Below are positions 21,096 through 30,403 of a DNA stretch of 64,000 nucleotides, in pieces. The stretch covers positions 124,001 through 188,000 of the IMG/VR virus record IMGVR_UViG_3300042923_000569. One strand, written 5' to 3'. The position numbers were made by a program, and so were the translations under genes. The notes under the pieces were generated by a model. The model did not search any database. It was not told where the DNA came from and was given only the letters and a program-made list of their open reading frames with translations. Numbering within the stretch: position 1 is the stretch's first letter; every line of letters starts with the position of its first letter.

Positions 21096-21574
21096 GATAA
21101 ATGTACATCCTCATTCTTACGTTTCGCCCACCATCCAAGTTTCGGATTAATTGGTTCATTTCGTAATTCTTTCACTAAAGATACTAGCTCTTTATATGCC
21201 TTGTTATTAATCTTGTATGACTTAATAGACACTGTGTTTTCAATAGTTGTGTGGTGCAATGGTTCATCAGTTATGCAACCAAAAGAACGAGAATCCTCTT
21301 TAGCTATGTTTACGTAGAAAGTATTTTCTGGAAATTTAATTGTGGGTAGAGAACCATTAACCCATTTAGTAAACATAATACTATTGTTATAGTGACTGAA
21401 CTGAACGGTAAATTCACCATTTTTATAACGTTGGATAATACGATACAAGCGTTCACTTTCTTCATTATCAAAGGTGAACCATTCAAGCCTGCGTTTAAAA
21501 CTAACACCAAACCATCCACGAAGCCCAGCAGAGATCAAAAACCAGAGCAGTGAAATCACACTCATAATTATCAT
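21092..21574 (-). CDS. membrane-anchored hypothetical protein
   Basis: N-terminal hydrophobic helix. Confidence 0.6.
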   Translation of the reverse strand: MIIMSVISLLWFLISAGLRGWFGVSFKRRLEWFTFDNEESERLYRIIQRYKNGEFTVQFSHYNNSIMFTKWVNGSLPTIKFPENTFYVNIAKEDSRSFGCITDEPLHHTTIENTVSIKSYKINNKAYKELVSLVKELRNEPINPKLGWWAKRKNEDVHLS

Positions 21575-21631
21575 TTTCTTTATCCTAGAAATAAGCTATG
21601 GGCGAGATTGTATCAACTGCTCATGGCCTTG

Positions 21632-22207
21632 TCAAGCTTTATTTTTCATAAAGTTACGATAACAATGTCTGCACATACTTTGATACATGTCGTTGCCTCC
21701 AATTACTACCTGTTCAGTACTGCTAGTTAAACGGGCATTGAATATTGCTTTCTTTCCACATGAACAAATGTTTTTCAACTCTTCAGTACTGTCTGCGATT
21801 TCAAAAAGTCGTTTTGAACCAGTAAACAAATTTGATTCAAAATCAGTTTTTATTCCATAGCAGAATACTGGAATATTAAACACATCAACAATATCACCTA
21901 AAATATCAATCTGTTCTTTCGACATGAACTGACATTCATCTACGAATACTGCTTTGATATCCTGTTGTAGAATTTCAATTGCAATATTGCTTAGTACTGT
22001 TAAATCGTCTTTAGGGATGATTATTGCATCACTGTTAATACCAATCCTGGATGTTACTCTACCAGTACCATATCGATCATCCAATGCTGATGTTAATACA
22101 ATAACGTTATATCCACGTTCCCTGTAGTTAAATGCAGTTTGTAGTAAGCTAGTACTTTTACCACAACTCATAGCACCATAATAATAAAAAAGTCCTTTTT
22201 CTTCCAT
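21632..22207 (-). CDS. tk: thymidine kinase
   Basis: YGAMSCGKST P-loop, VFVDECQF, YGIKTDF, Zn motifs ICSCG and CRHC. Confidence 0.95.
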   Translation of the reverse strand: MEEKGLFYYYGAMSCGKSTSLLQTAFNYRERGYNVIVLTSALDDRYGTGRVTSRIGINSDAIIIPKDDLTVLSNIAIEILQQDIKAVFVDECQFMSKEQIDILGDIVDVFNIPVFCYGIKTDFESNLFTGSKRLFEIADSTEELKNICSCGKKAIFNARLTSSTEQVVIGGNDMYQSMCRHCYRNFMKNKA

Positions 22208-22494
22208 TAGTGTTCCAGTTGTTTAATCTTATCCATATTTTGTAGTACGTATGCTTTCATATCTTCTGGTTCTTCAGCACACAATAAAGTTGCAATCTCA
22301 GTAAGATTCAACTCACCAGAATCATATTCCTGATAGATCATAATAAAGTTACTATCAGGGTATCCATCCCACGAACTATATGAGGGATGTACATTCAAAT
22401 CGATAAACTCTAATTCACAAGCTCGTGATTTAATAAAGTCTTCCAATTCTACTTCAACATCAACAGTAGTTACTTTACGAATTGTTATTTTCAT
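22207..22494 (-). CDS. hypothetical protein
   Basis: 95-aa ORF, stop overlaps tk start. Confidence 0.6.
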   Translation of the reverse strand: MKITIRKVTTVDVEVELEDFIKSRACELEFIDLNVHPSYSSWDGYPDSNFIMIYQEYDSGELNLTEIATLLCAEEPEDMKAYVLQNMDKIKQLEH

Positions 22495-22966
22495 TGTATT
22501 TCCTTACTTGATGATGTGGAATTCTAATTTCTCTATTGTTAATGTCCAAACTTAATTGGATATAATATGGGTCATCTAATAATGTTACGACACCGCTCAT
22601 CTCTTTTTTAGAAAGTAAACCCCATGAAAATGAATCACTGTCAACTAGTACTTTATCACCAAGTACGGCATACCCGCCATCAGAATAAATTGCTTGTTGA
22701 ACTTCAAAAAAACCTAACGTTTCTTCTAAATCCAACCAATCCATCCAGTCATTAGGCAACTCTTGATAATTTTCAATATCTTCTACAACCTTTTCCAGTT
22801 CAATTGAATCTGGATAAGTTATAAATTCGACGTATAAATCAAGAGTTCCAGAGTCTATTCCTTTCTGATACGTTACTGCTGAAAGGTAATCAGATATAAT
22901 TTCAGGATTGTGATAAAACGTTCCGTGTTGATCAGATTCGACTGCAACTGCTACTAATTGTTTCAT
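22475..22966 (-). CDS. hypothetical acidic protein
   Basis: 163-aa ORF. Confidence 0.6.
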   Translation of the reverse strand: MKQLVAVAVESDQHGTFYHNPEIISDYLSAVTYQKGIDSGTLDLYVEFITYPDSIELEKVVEDIENYQELPNDWMDWLDLEETLGFFEVQQAIYSDGGYAVLGDKVLVDSDSFSWGLLSKKEMSGVVTLLDDPYYIQLSLDINNREIRIPHHQVRKYNENNNS

Positions 22967-23008
22967 TTTGTACCTATAAAAGAAAAGGAGGCGATTGCCT
23001 CCTTATAA

Positions 23009-23674
23009 TTAATCCTTAGAATCTTCATCTTTTCCGCTATAATCGTATGAGTCATAACCCTGATCAAAAGTTTCATCAAAATAAGAATCGTGTTCATCGG
23101 CCTCATCTTGTTCATCTTCATCATAGTCATAATCATTCCAACGATATGCATCATAGCGTTCATCTTCGGTATTTTCAATCTCCACTGTAATTCCATGCTT
23201 CTGAAGATAAGAAACAAAACTATCAGGATTATTAAGATCTAATGCATACTCATAGAACGTATAGTACTTGTCTTCGTACTCACGGCTACGATAATAATCA
23301 TATTCCCAATAAGTATCCCAATCAGTATCTTTAGGCCAGGAAGCCCATGTTGGATGCAAATTACGATCCGTTAAACCACGATCAACAATATTTTCTTTAT
23401 ATCGTTGTTCAAGTTCTGAATTAGTAGATCGTTCCTTCCATTCAGGCCGGGGAATTGTAAAGCCAATACCCTCTAGTCTAGAGAACACTTCCTCTACCAT
23501 ATAATGGTAATCAGCTTCTTCCATATCATAACAGTGAGCACCAGTACCAGTACTGATAGTTTCGAATTTCTTGTGTGTTTCACAAGTAACCGTAATAATA
23601 TCATTACTGTAGCTTCCGCAATCTTCACAGTCAGAATAACTATCGTGGATATTGAAATTTAATGTAACGGACAT
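23009..23674 (-). CDS. hypothetical acidic protein with CxxC
   Basis: 221 aa; DCEDCG; D/E-rich tail; bounded by terminators. Confidence 0.65.
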   Translation of the reverse strand: MSVTLNFNIHDSYSDCEDCGSYSNDIITVTCETHKKFETISTGTGAHCYDMEEADYHYMVEEVFSRLEGIGFTIPRPEWKERSTNSELEQRYKENIVDRGLTDRNLHPTWASWPKDTDWDTYWEYDYYRSREYEDKYYTFYEYALDLNNPDSFVSYLQKHGITVEIENTEDERYDAYRWNDYDYDEDEQDEADEHDSYFDETFDQGYDSYDYSGKDEDSKD

Positions 23675-23718
23675 ATTTTTCTCCCAAAAGAAAAGGACAC
23701 GAAATGTGTCCTCATTGA

Positions 23719-24159
23719 TTATTGTAGTACTTTAAGTTTATATAATATGCTCTCAACAAAACTCATTATATCTTCGAGTGTGTTTACAGAGCCAAATTCA
23801 TCAAGACTTTCCAATATTTCATGTATCTTGGTACAATGTTTTACGTACTCTTCCAACAAAGGAATTGCTGCCTCAATTGGTTGAAATACATACGAACTAC
23901 CAGTACTAAAAATTGGACCACGTTCTGCCATCATTCCTTCAATAAAGGAATCAACATATTCTGGAAGCTCTTTATATAATTCATCCAGTTCCATATGTTT
24001 TGAATAGTTTCTGCATTGTAAATGCCAGTGGTGTGCTTGTGATTCAAGAAAAATACTATTCTCAACGAATTTAATTAATACATCTTCGTGAGTGTCGTCT
24101 GATATTTCTACATAATCAATCATACTTCGTATGTCATTAGGATCAAAAGGTTCGCTCAT
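23719..24159 (-). CDS. ferritin/Dps-like four-helix protein
   Basis: QAHHWHLQ...YSKHMELDELY...VDSFIE...ILYKLKVL pattern. Confidence 0.65.
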   Translation of the reverse strand: MSEPFDPNDIRSMIDYVEISDDTHEDVLIKFVENSIFLESQAHHWHLQCRNYSKHMELDELYKELPEYVDSFIEGMMAERGPIFSTGSSYVFQPIEAAIPLLEEYVKHCTKIHEILESLDEFGSVNTLEDIMSFVESILYKLKVLQ

Positions 24160-24192
24160 TAATTATCATCCTTCAGGTTGTCAATACTATAT

Positions 24193-24558
24193 TTAGCAGT
24201 AGAAAACAAACTTAGGATTGTAGTAATTGCACAAATTTTTGACAGTATGATAATCAATTACTCCATAGATAAAGAGAAAATCGCATGGCAATGATGCCGA
24301 ATACAAAGTCTTTTTATCAATGAAGTTTAAATTATCTTGGTGTTCTACTTCAATATGCTTGTCAAAATTAACACAAATAACTGAAAAATCATCTAAAGAA
24401 ATCTCTTTCATGGCACTTAAAATACCAGATGCTTTGTCATCATTATGTCGTACTAATCGAATGATATTCTGTCGAAAGACATATAGATTCATCTCAATTA
24501 AAATTAGAAAATACTTACTCATTACATCAGAGAAGTACTTGTTATCGGATAGGTTCAT
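24193..24558 (-). CDS. hypothetical protein
   Basis: 121-aa ORF. Confidence 0.55.
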   Translation of the reverse strand: MNLSDNKYFSDVMSKYFLILIEMNLYVFRQNIIRLVRHNDDKASGILSAMKEISLDDFSVICVNFDKHIEVEHQDNLNFIDKKTLYSASLPCDFLFIYGVIDYHTVKNLCNYYNPKFVFYC

Positions 24559-24701
24559 TGCCTAACTCCGTTAGTCAAGAATTTCGTTGTTCTGTACTCG
24601 TTATCACTCGTACTGAATCAACTCAATTCAATTTATTACGTTTAACACTTTATATTGACGGGGTTTGTTGATCCAATTGCATCCCCCCGCAAGGGAGAAC
24701 G

Positions 24702-24727
24702 AAAAAAAAAGCCAGAATAAATCTGAC
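24702..24727 (-). terminator. intrinsic terminator closing the ncRNA candidate
   Basis: GUCAGA-UUUAU-UCUGGC-U9. Confidence 0.75.
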
Positions 24728-25200
24728 GGTGGTAGTCTTACCTCTGAATTTGTAGATTTTACTCAAATTTTGGACGCAACTTTACTGTCCAATTTAAGTA
24801 GTAAACACTGGCGGGTTGTCCGGTTTCCAGTTACTACAGTCGCATACAACGGTCGGGGTCTTAATCATCATCCCGCATCAGTACTCGCTAATTCAGCAAC
24901 AAGCACTGTGATATTCTAATAGAATATCTCCCTTTCAACAGGGTTGAGTATGCACTCAATATGTCTATCAAGGGCGTTTATGTTTTCTTACACGCCTTTA
25001 TTGTGCCGCATTGCCGTGATTCGTAGACTTAAGTCGCTTTGTATGACTGCTAGTACTCTAACGGGTTTCATTTGCACATCGTACTGATTGAACTACTCAT
25101 CTGCCATCTACTTGTCGATAGGATCAGGGTTTAACTATTCCTTGTTAAAGGATCAATCAGAGTTATATAAAACAAAAGGGAAGGTCAACTAAGACCTTCC
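24702..25200 (-). ncRNA. candidate large structured non-coding RNA (~460-500 nt), family unassigned
   Basis: ORF-free gap (24559-25236) with higher GC than flanks; promoter at 25206-25234; at least eight hand-found helices; 3' terminator GUCAGA-UUUAU-UCUGGC-U9 at 24702-24727. Confidence 0.7.
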
Positions 25201-25205
25201 CCTAT

Positions 25206-25234
25206 ATTATACCACAATTTTTAAAGTTGTTTCA
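25206..25234 (-). promoter_or_regulatory. early-type promoter TGAAAC-N17-TATAAT
   Basis: aaaaTGAAACaactttaaaaattgTGgTATAAT, upstream of the ncRNA candidate. Confidence 0.78.
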
Positions 25235-25236
25235 TT

Positions 25237-25500
25237 TTATTCATCTTTATAAAAAGAATCATTGTAGCGTTGGGTTTGAACCAGATATTTGGGATCGATA
25301 TTATCTAGATTGATATTATCATTTAAGAATTTGATAGCTTTTTCTTCTGTACTAAAGTACAAACGTTCTTCAGTACCTTTTGCACAAAGAAAACGACTAT
25401 GGTCATAGTCCATTTCGTCATGATCTTGCATACAAACAACTGTCAAAATATTATCGTCTTCACCAATACGAATAATACGATAATATACATCATTCCACAT
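25237..25500 (-). CDS. hypothetical protein
   Basis: 87-aa ORF. Confidence 0.6.
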   Translation of the reverse strand: MWNDVYYRIIRIGEDDNILTVVCMQDHDEMDYDHSRFLCAKGTEERLYFSTEEKAIKFLNDNINLDNIDPKYLVQTQRYNDSFYKDE

Positions 25501-25511
25501 TTTTATTTACC

Positions 25512-26006
25512 TTATAGAAAAATACGTTTAAGTTTGTCATCAGTTCTATTAAAAAATGTTTCTACAAAGTTTAAATCTTCAAAGATGCTTGGTTCTAATT
25601 CCCGGTCGAAAAACACCTTCTTGGAGTAACGTTCATCTCCATTTCGGTAAGCTACTTTGATTGGCAAAGTAATCTGTTCGTTTTCATTTTGAGTGTAAGA
25701 ACAACTAAGTTTAATATGTTTACCTGTATCAAAAAGAATAATTTCTTGTGCTAACTTTTCAATACCAGTTAAATGTGAAAAAGAATCTGATTCTTTAATC
25801 ATGGTAATTGTCACGATTACATCTTTAGTGTTACCTAAATCATTAATATTCTTAGTTGCACTGATAACTTCCAGATTACCAAAATCAATATCTTTAAGCA
25901 TTAAAAACTCCAAAAACAAAAAAAGGAAATCTCTCGATTTCCTATATTCTACTCTTTGTGCCTGAAAAGTCAAGCTATTTTTTAGGTACAGACTTAATTT
26001 GCTCAA
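25512..26006 (-). CDS. hypothetical protein
   Basis: 164-aa ORF. Confidence 0.55.
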   Translation of the reverse strand: MSKLSLYLKNSLTFQAQRVEYRKSRDFLFLFLEFLMLKDIDFGNLEVISATKNINDLGNTKDVIVTITMIKESDSFSHLTGIEKLAQEIILFDTGKHIKLSCSYTQNENEQITLPIKVAYRNGDERYSKKVFFDRELEPSIFEDLNFVETFFNRTDDKLKRIFL

Positions 26007-26289
26007 GACCAGTGATGGTTTCTACAAGCTTGTTGTGCATTCCTGCACACTTATTGTAAAACGTCTGCCAATCTCTTAGTACTGTGTATAGTTCTTTACC
26101 ATCATACACTTTTTCACCATTTTCATTCAACGTGAAATTGACAGGAATTGGTGTATCAGTACTGCAAAGTTGTAGTAAAGTAGTCTGTTCGATAATAGGT
26201 TTGTTATTAACGGGAACAGTACTACATCCTGTGATCGCGAACGAAACCGCAAGAATCGTTGCAATGAAAAACATTTTAATCTTTTTCAT
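25975..26289 (-). CDS. outer-membrane spanin (Rz1-like lipoprotein)
   Basis: Signal peptide with lipobox AITGC; follows an i-spanin-like gene. Confidence 0.75.
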   Translation of the reverse strand: MKKIKMFFIATILAVSFAITGCSTVPVNNKPIIEQTTLLQLCSTDTPIPVNFTLNENGEKVYDGKELYTVLRDWQTFYNKCAGMHNKLVETITGLEQIKSVPKK

Positions 26290-26291
26290 GA

Positions 26292-26657
26292 TTACTTTTT
26301 CTTCCCATTGATGATTAAAGCAGATTCTTGTTTGTATCGAGTTAATTCATCAACCCCATCCTGATCCATACATTTCTGTAGGTAGATTGGTTTTTCTAGG
26401 ATTGTTTTTTCTCGGATAATGGTATTAGTGGCTGCACCGGCTAATAGGGCTTTCTGGTCTTCAAAACCTTGTGCCTGTTTGCGTTGATAGTCACTGATAC
26501 CATCGTTCACAATCTTTTCTACTTTTTGATTTAAACTATCTTGATACCCATTGTAGTAGGTATGGACTTGCCATCCAGCAAAAACTGTCAGTACTGTGTA
26601 CAAAAAGAACGCAACAATTCCTATTGGAAGTTTGTATAACTTAATAAAATTTAACAT
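26292..26657 (-). CDS. inner-membrane spanin (Rz-like)
   Basis: N-terminal TM helix, coiled coil, EKPIYLQKC; paired with lipoprotein; TAAATA late motif upstream. Confidence 0.72.
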   Translation of the reverse strand: MLNFIKLYKLPIGIVAFFLYTVLTVFAGWQVHTYYNGYQDSLNQKVEKIVNDGISDYQRKQAQGFEDQKALLAGAATNTIIREKTILEKPIYLQKCMDQDGVDELTRYKQESALIINGKKK

Positions 26658-26727
26658 GGTAGCACCTCTCGAAATGCTTGGGTATATACCATATTTAATA
26701 CAACTATTAAGTTTTTCAGCTTATATT

Positions 26728-27192
26728 TTAGCCTTTTTTAGTAACTAAATCTATCAGACATTGTATTGTTGTACAACTTTCAGCAGCATCATCCGAAATT
26801 TCAATCTCGAATTCTTCTTCAAGTGCCATTACAGTTTCAACCATATCAAGTGAGTCAAAACCAAAATCATCATAAACAACCTTTAAAAGAATATTATTTT
26901 TAATAACTTCAGAAACATACTCAGTTGAAAGACCAGATTGCCATGACACAATAGTAATAATACGATTCAATGCATCTTTAGCAACCACTTCTGAAATATT
27001 ATCAGTGACCGTATTAGTAACTGTATCAGTACTTTTATCGAATAAATCAATATTATTGATAGTTGATTGACGTAGTTCTTTTACAAGTTCTTCGACTTCA
27101 TTAAGTATCTGAAAGCGTTCAATTGTATTATTAGATTTGTTATATACACGTGAAAGTGCATTACGAACTAGATATAGATCTGGATTTGACAT
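26728..27192 (-). CDS. protein with C-terminal acyl carrier protein (ACP) domain
   Basis: [43 protein letters not shown] closely matches bacterial AcpP; DSL serine intact. Confidence 0.85.
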   Translation of the reverse strand: MSNPDLYLVRNALSRVYNKSNNTIERFQILNEVEELVKELRQSTINNIDLFDKSTDTVTNTVTDNISEVVAKDALNRIITIVSWQSGLSTEYVSEVIKNNILLKVVYDDFGFDSLDMVETVMALEEEFEIEISDDAAESCTTIQCLIDLVTKKG

Positions 27193-27739
27193 TTGCAATT
27201 CTCTCTTTAAATCCAGCAGTAACACGTATTAGTAAACGCTGGCAGTTGGTTTCAACTAGTGGACAATTGTGTAGTACTTTACTGGTATATTTGTGTGCAA
27301 CACCAGGAGCACCAACTTTCTCTACTAGTACTTCATTAGTAAGAATATCTTGAATTAAAGTATAGTCTTTAATGTTTATTGGGTTAGTAATGAAACTCGT
27401 ACCTTGGACAGTACCAAAAATGATATGTGTCTCAGGTTCAAAATCGTCATGAATATCATTACAACAGTCAAGATGATAACCGTAAATCTGAGAACCACTA
27501 TCACCAGCCGATAATTCTCTCACGCGGTAATCAACTACAATTGAACGGTCATCGTACTTTTTAATTTCTTCTATCATCCGATTTAGTAATTCTGCCATAT
27601 CGGACGGTATGCTGTCAAGTACTTTTTGAGGTGCTGCGTATTTAAATTCCTGTATTGGAAGGTTCGCTGGAACCTCCCAACTAAACAGATTCATCTCAAT
27701 ACTACCCACTGGATTTAGTGTGTTAGTATCCACTTTCAT
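27161..27739 (-). CDS. putative 2OG-Fe(II) dioxygenase-fold protein
   Basis: GYHLD (HxD)...VLHNCP (distal H)...RLLIR. Confidence 0.45.
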   Translation of the reverse strand: MKVDTNTLNPVGSIEMNLFSWEVPANLPIQEFKYAAPQKVLDSIPSDMAELLNRMIEEIKKYDDRSIVVDYRVRELSAGDSGSQIYGYHLDCCNDIHDDFEPETHIIFGTVQGTSFITNPINIKDYTLIQDILTNEVLVEKVGAPGVAHKYTSKVLHNCPLVETNCQRLLIRVTAGFKERIANVKSRSISSS

Positions 27740-28196
27740 ACGGGTTTACAGTTACCTTAATTTCATCAGCTAATTCAATAACAATTTGGAAGTTAGTTTC
27801 AAAAACTGTTTCCAGACAATCTTCAAAATCAGCAGTTCTAAGAATTTGATGGATTTCCTGTCCTTCGCTCTCTGTCAAGTTTGTATTAACTGTTAAGAAA
27901 TCGTCAGGAACTTGTTCTTCATCCCAATACATACGATCCACATATTCATACATGTCATCACAACGAGACTCAGGAAAGTTTGTAATATATACATTTGAAG
28001 AGTGCAAGCACTCTTCGCCATCATTCCATTCTGGAGTACTGCCAATTACGAAAATAGCATCAAGATTTGGGAATTTATTTTTAAGTTCTTTCATATCCAA
28101 TTTTAATTGAGAGATGAAAATATTTTGTATTTCCTTTTTCATTTTCTCAATTTCATTAAGATAATCTTTTACTGCATTCTTTGTATTAGTAAACAT
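27723..28196 (-). CDS. hypothetical protein, tandem paralog family A (copy 3)
   Basis: GSTPEWNDGEECLH...YESGY. Confidence 0.75.
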   Translation of the reverse strand: MFTNTKNAVKDYLNEIEKMKKEIQNIFISQLKLDMKELKNKFPNLDAIFVIGSTPEWNDGEECLHSSNVYITNFPESRCDDMYEYVDRMYWDEEQVPDDFLTVNTNLTESEGQEIHQILRTADFEDCLETVFETNFQIVIELADEIKVTVNPYESGY

Positions 28197-28197
28197 A

Positions 28198-28710
28198 TTA
28201 GTGTCCACAATCGTAATATTCATGATCAATTTTAGGTTCATCACCAGTTAAATCGATATAAACGATATAATCAGTGTGATAAATTTCTTCAATTAGGTAA
28301 TCAATTTGACTAACTAGGTAATCAACTTTTTCATTATCTTCAACTGAATAGGTATTGATTATATCGAAACCATCCCAATCACGTAGTTCTTCATCTTCTT
28401 CAATTTCACCATCAGTAAGAAAATATGCAATACCAATTCCGTATTCAGATAGCTCACTGAAATCATTCCATTTACTACGTTGTGTACATGAGTAATATGG
28501 TTCACTTGAATGAGTACATGCATCTCCATTATTGAAGCTTGGAGTATAACCTTTGATGATTAGTTTATTAAATCCTTCAACTGTTTTAAGTTCATCTACA
28601 GCAGTCTTAAGTAAATCTTTCTTATGAAGGTGAATGAAATTTCCGAGTTCACTCTCTGCTTTATAAGCAGTATCTTTTAGTACTTTGTATTGTTCGAATA
28701 GTGTAGTCAT
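28198..28710 (-). CDS. hypothetical protein, tandem paralog family A (copy 2)
   Basis: GYTPSFNNGDACTH...YDCGH. Confidence 0.75.
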   Translation of the reverse strand: MTTLFEQYKVLKDTAYKAESELGNFIHLHKKDLLKTAVDELKTVEGFNKLIIKGYTPSFNNGDACTHSSEPYYSCTQRSKWNDFSELSEYGIGIAYFLTDGEIEEDEELRDWDGFDIINTYSVEDNEKVDYLVSQIDYLIEEIYHTDYIVYIDLTGDEPKIDHEYYDCGH

Positions 28711-28711
28711 A

Positions 28712-29140
28712 TTAGTATCCACAGTCGTAATAGCCAGTTTTAAATGTAATTGTTCCATCAACGATAACGAAAGCGAATTGGTAATTTGTACCTTCTTTTT
28801 CTTCTAAAATAACATCAACAAGACCTAGCTCAGTTTCGATAGCACGTGCTTCTTCACTAGTAAGATTATTAGTTTCGAAATCACTTTCTTCAATATCTAA
28901 GCTATCAAGTACTTGACCTAATGCTTCTTCATTCATATCTAGTACTTCGATATTGGTCCAGTGCTCACAAGGTTCTCCATCATTAAAAGATGGTGTATAT
29001 CCTACGATAGTACCACAAGTTAGACCTGGATAACGGATACCAAGGTCTTTAATAATTTCCTTGATAATAGCATCAGAATGCTGATTGACCATACCAAGAT
29101 ATACTTCACGTGCCGTTTTAAATTGTTCTAGAATATTCAT
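28712..29140 (-). CDS. hypothetical protein, tandem paralog family A (copy 1)
   Basis: GYTPSFNDGEPCEH...YDCGY. Confidence 0.75.
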   Translation of the reverse strand: MNILEQFKTAREVYLGMVNQHSDAIIKEIIKDLGIRYPGLTCGTIVGYTPSFNDGEPCEHWTNIEVLDMNEEALGQVLDSLDIEESDFETNNLTSEEARAIETELGLVDVILEEKEGTNYQFAFVIVDGTITFKTGYYDCGY

Positions 29141-29142
29141 AA

Positions 29143-30384
29143 TTATTTCCCATACCATTGCATTTCACGAAGTTCAATTAGTAGCTTAGCTGCTTTATGA
29201 ATATCTGGTGCACGTGGTAAATCAGTTTGTTTATATAGTACTTCTCGGATATAGATATCTTTTTCTGTCCAGTAAGCCATCATCTCATCAAATGACCATG
29301 AACCATTTCTGATCGCTAATAGTTCAGCAGCATCAGGACGTTTAACATGAACTTCACCGGTAGTTAATGCTTCTTCGGCAGTTCGTAGTAAACGTACAAC
29401 ATGCATTGCATGTTTTGTATCATAACCGTTGAGTTGCTCTAATTCAGAACGAGCCTCATTACGGTTTTCTTTCCAGCTATGATAGTTATGACGGTTATCA
29501 GAACTCTTCTCGTATTCTTCTTTGTTGAATTTTACAATAAGTTTTGGCTGTTCTTTCACTTCTTCTAATGTCATAACAGAGGTGTCAATACGATTGATAC
29601 TACCATCATAATTGATAGTTTTAGCACCTTCTTTTGGAACTAGACCAAAGATGTTATCACCATATGGAACAAGCTGATAATCATCCCTGTAATTAAGAAT
29701 GTTGAAATCACGATCTAGTACTTGATGTTCGAAATAGTTATGTACCAATTTAACAAAATGATATTGTTTAAGTGGTAAAGTACTGATCATTTGTAATGAA
29801 GCATTACGCATGAATTTTTCGAAATCAATAATAGTTTTTATGTACTGACCTTTCGCCGCTTCAACATTAACAAGATTCATAATGTATGAAGGGAATGAAT
29901 CACCAATCCATTGAACCATTTGCTCACATGGATATTGGTCAATTAGTTCCTGAAGAATACGAACTCCAGTACGTTCTTTATCCATCCAGCCGTGATGATT
30001 TTTCATACGTTTAGCTTGGTTATGAGCATAACCAGTGTATGTAAATGCAATTTTTGAGGATAGAAGGTCGGAACGTGCTGCACGAAGATGATCATACATT
30101 TCAGTTTTGAAAGTAATATCACCTTCATCAACCCATAGTGATTCAAGAATATTTGGGTTAGCAGTAAGATAGAGTTGCATGTAGTTATTCAACTCATAGT
30201 ACTTTGTATCTTCTTCTTTGACGTCACTTACTTCATTAACTTTGAAGAAAGGAGTAATGATGAATTCTTTATCAGCAACAAAGATTCCGCGAAAGTCGGT
30301 ATCAGATGTTGGAGTACTAGTTCCGTAAGCCTGGCTACCTGCCAAGTGTCGGACAATTAAATTGTCTAAATGATTATTTTTCAA
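29143..30384 (-). CDS. pol-beta superfamily nucleotidyltransferase (RNA-repair-associated RlaP-like family)
   Basis: GSQAYGTSTPTSDTDFRG, NPNILESLW, YDTKHAMHVVRLL. Confidence 0.85.
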   Translation of the reverse strand: MKNNHLDNLIVRHLAGSQAYGTSTPTSDTDFRGIFVADKEFIITPFFKVNEVSDVKEEDTKYYELNNYMQLYLTANPNILESLWVDEGDITFKTEMYDHLRAARSDLLSSKIAFTYTGYAHNQAKRMKNHHGWMDKERTGVRILQELIDQYPCEQMVQWIGDSFPSYIMNLVNVEAAKGQYIKTIIDFEKFMRNASLQMISTLPLKQYHFVKLVHNYFEHQVLDRDFNILNYRDDYQLVPYGDNIFGLVPKEGAKTINYDGSINRIDTSVMTLEEVKEQPKLIVKFNKEEYEKSSDNRHNYHSWKENRNEARSELEQLNGYDTKHAMHVVRLLRTAEEALTTGEVHVKRPDAAELLAIRNGSWSFDEMMAYWTEKDIYIREVLYKQTDLPRAPDIHKAAKLLIELREMQWYGK

Positions 30385-30403
30385 GTTATCCCTTTATTAT
30401 TTT

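Noticed and set aside
24665-24919. 84-aa plus-strand ORF inside the ncRNA candidate
   Set aside because: No RBS, antisense to the promoter/terminator polarity, crosses a poly-A9 run, and has no protein-like features
24702-25200. Assigning the ncRNA candidate as tmRNA, RNase P RNA or a group I intron
   Set aside because: No tRNA-like acceptor end or tag ORF, no recognisable GGAAAGUCC or terminal RNase P motif, and it does not interrupt a gene; needs cmscan to exclude formally
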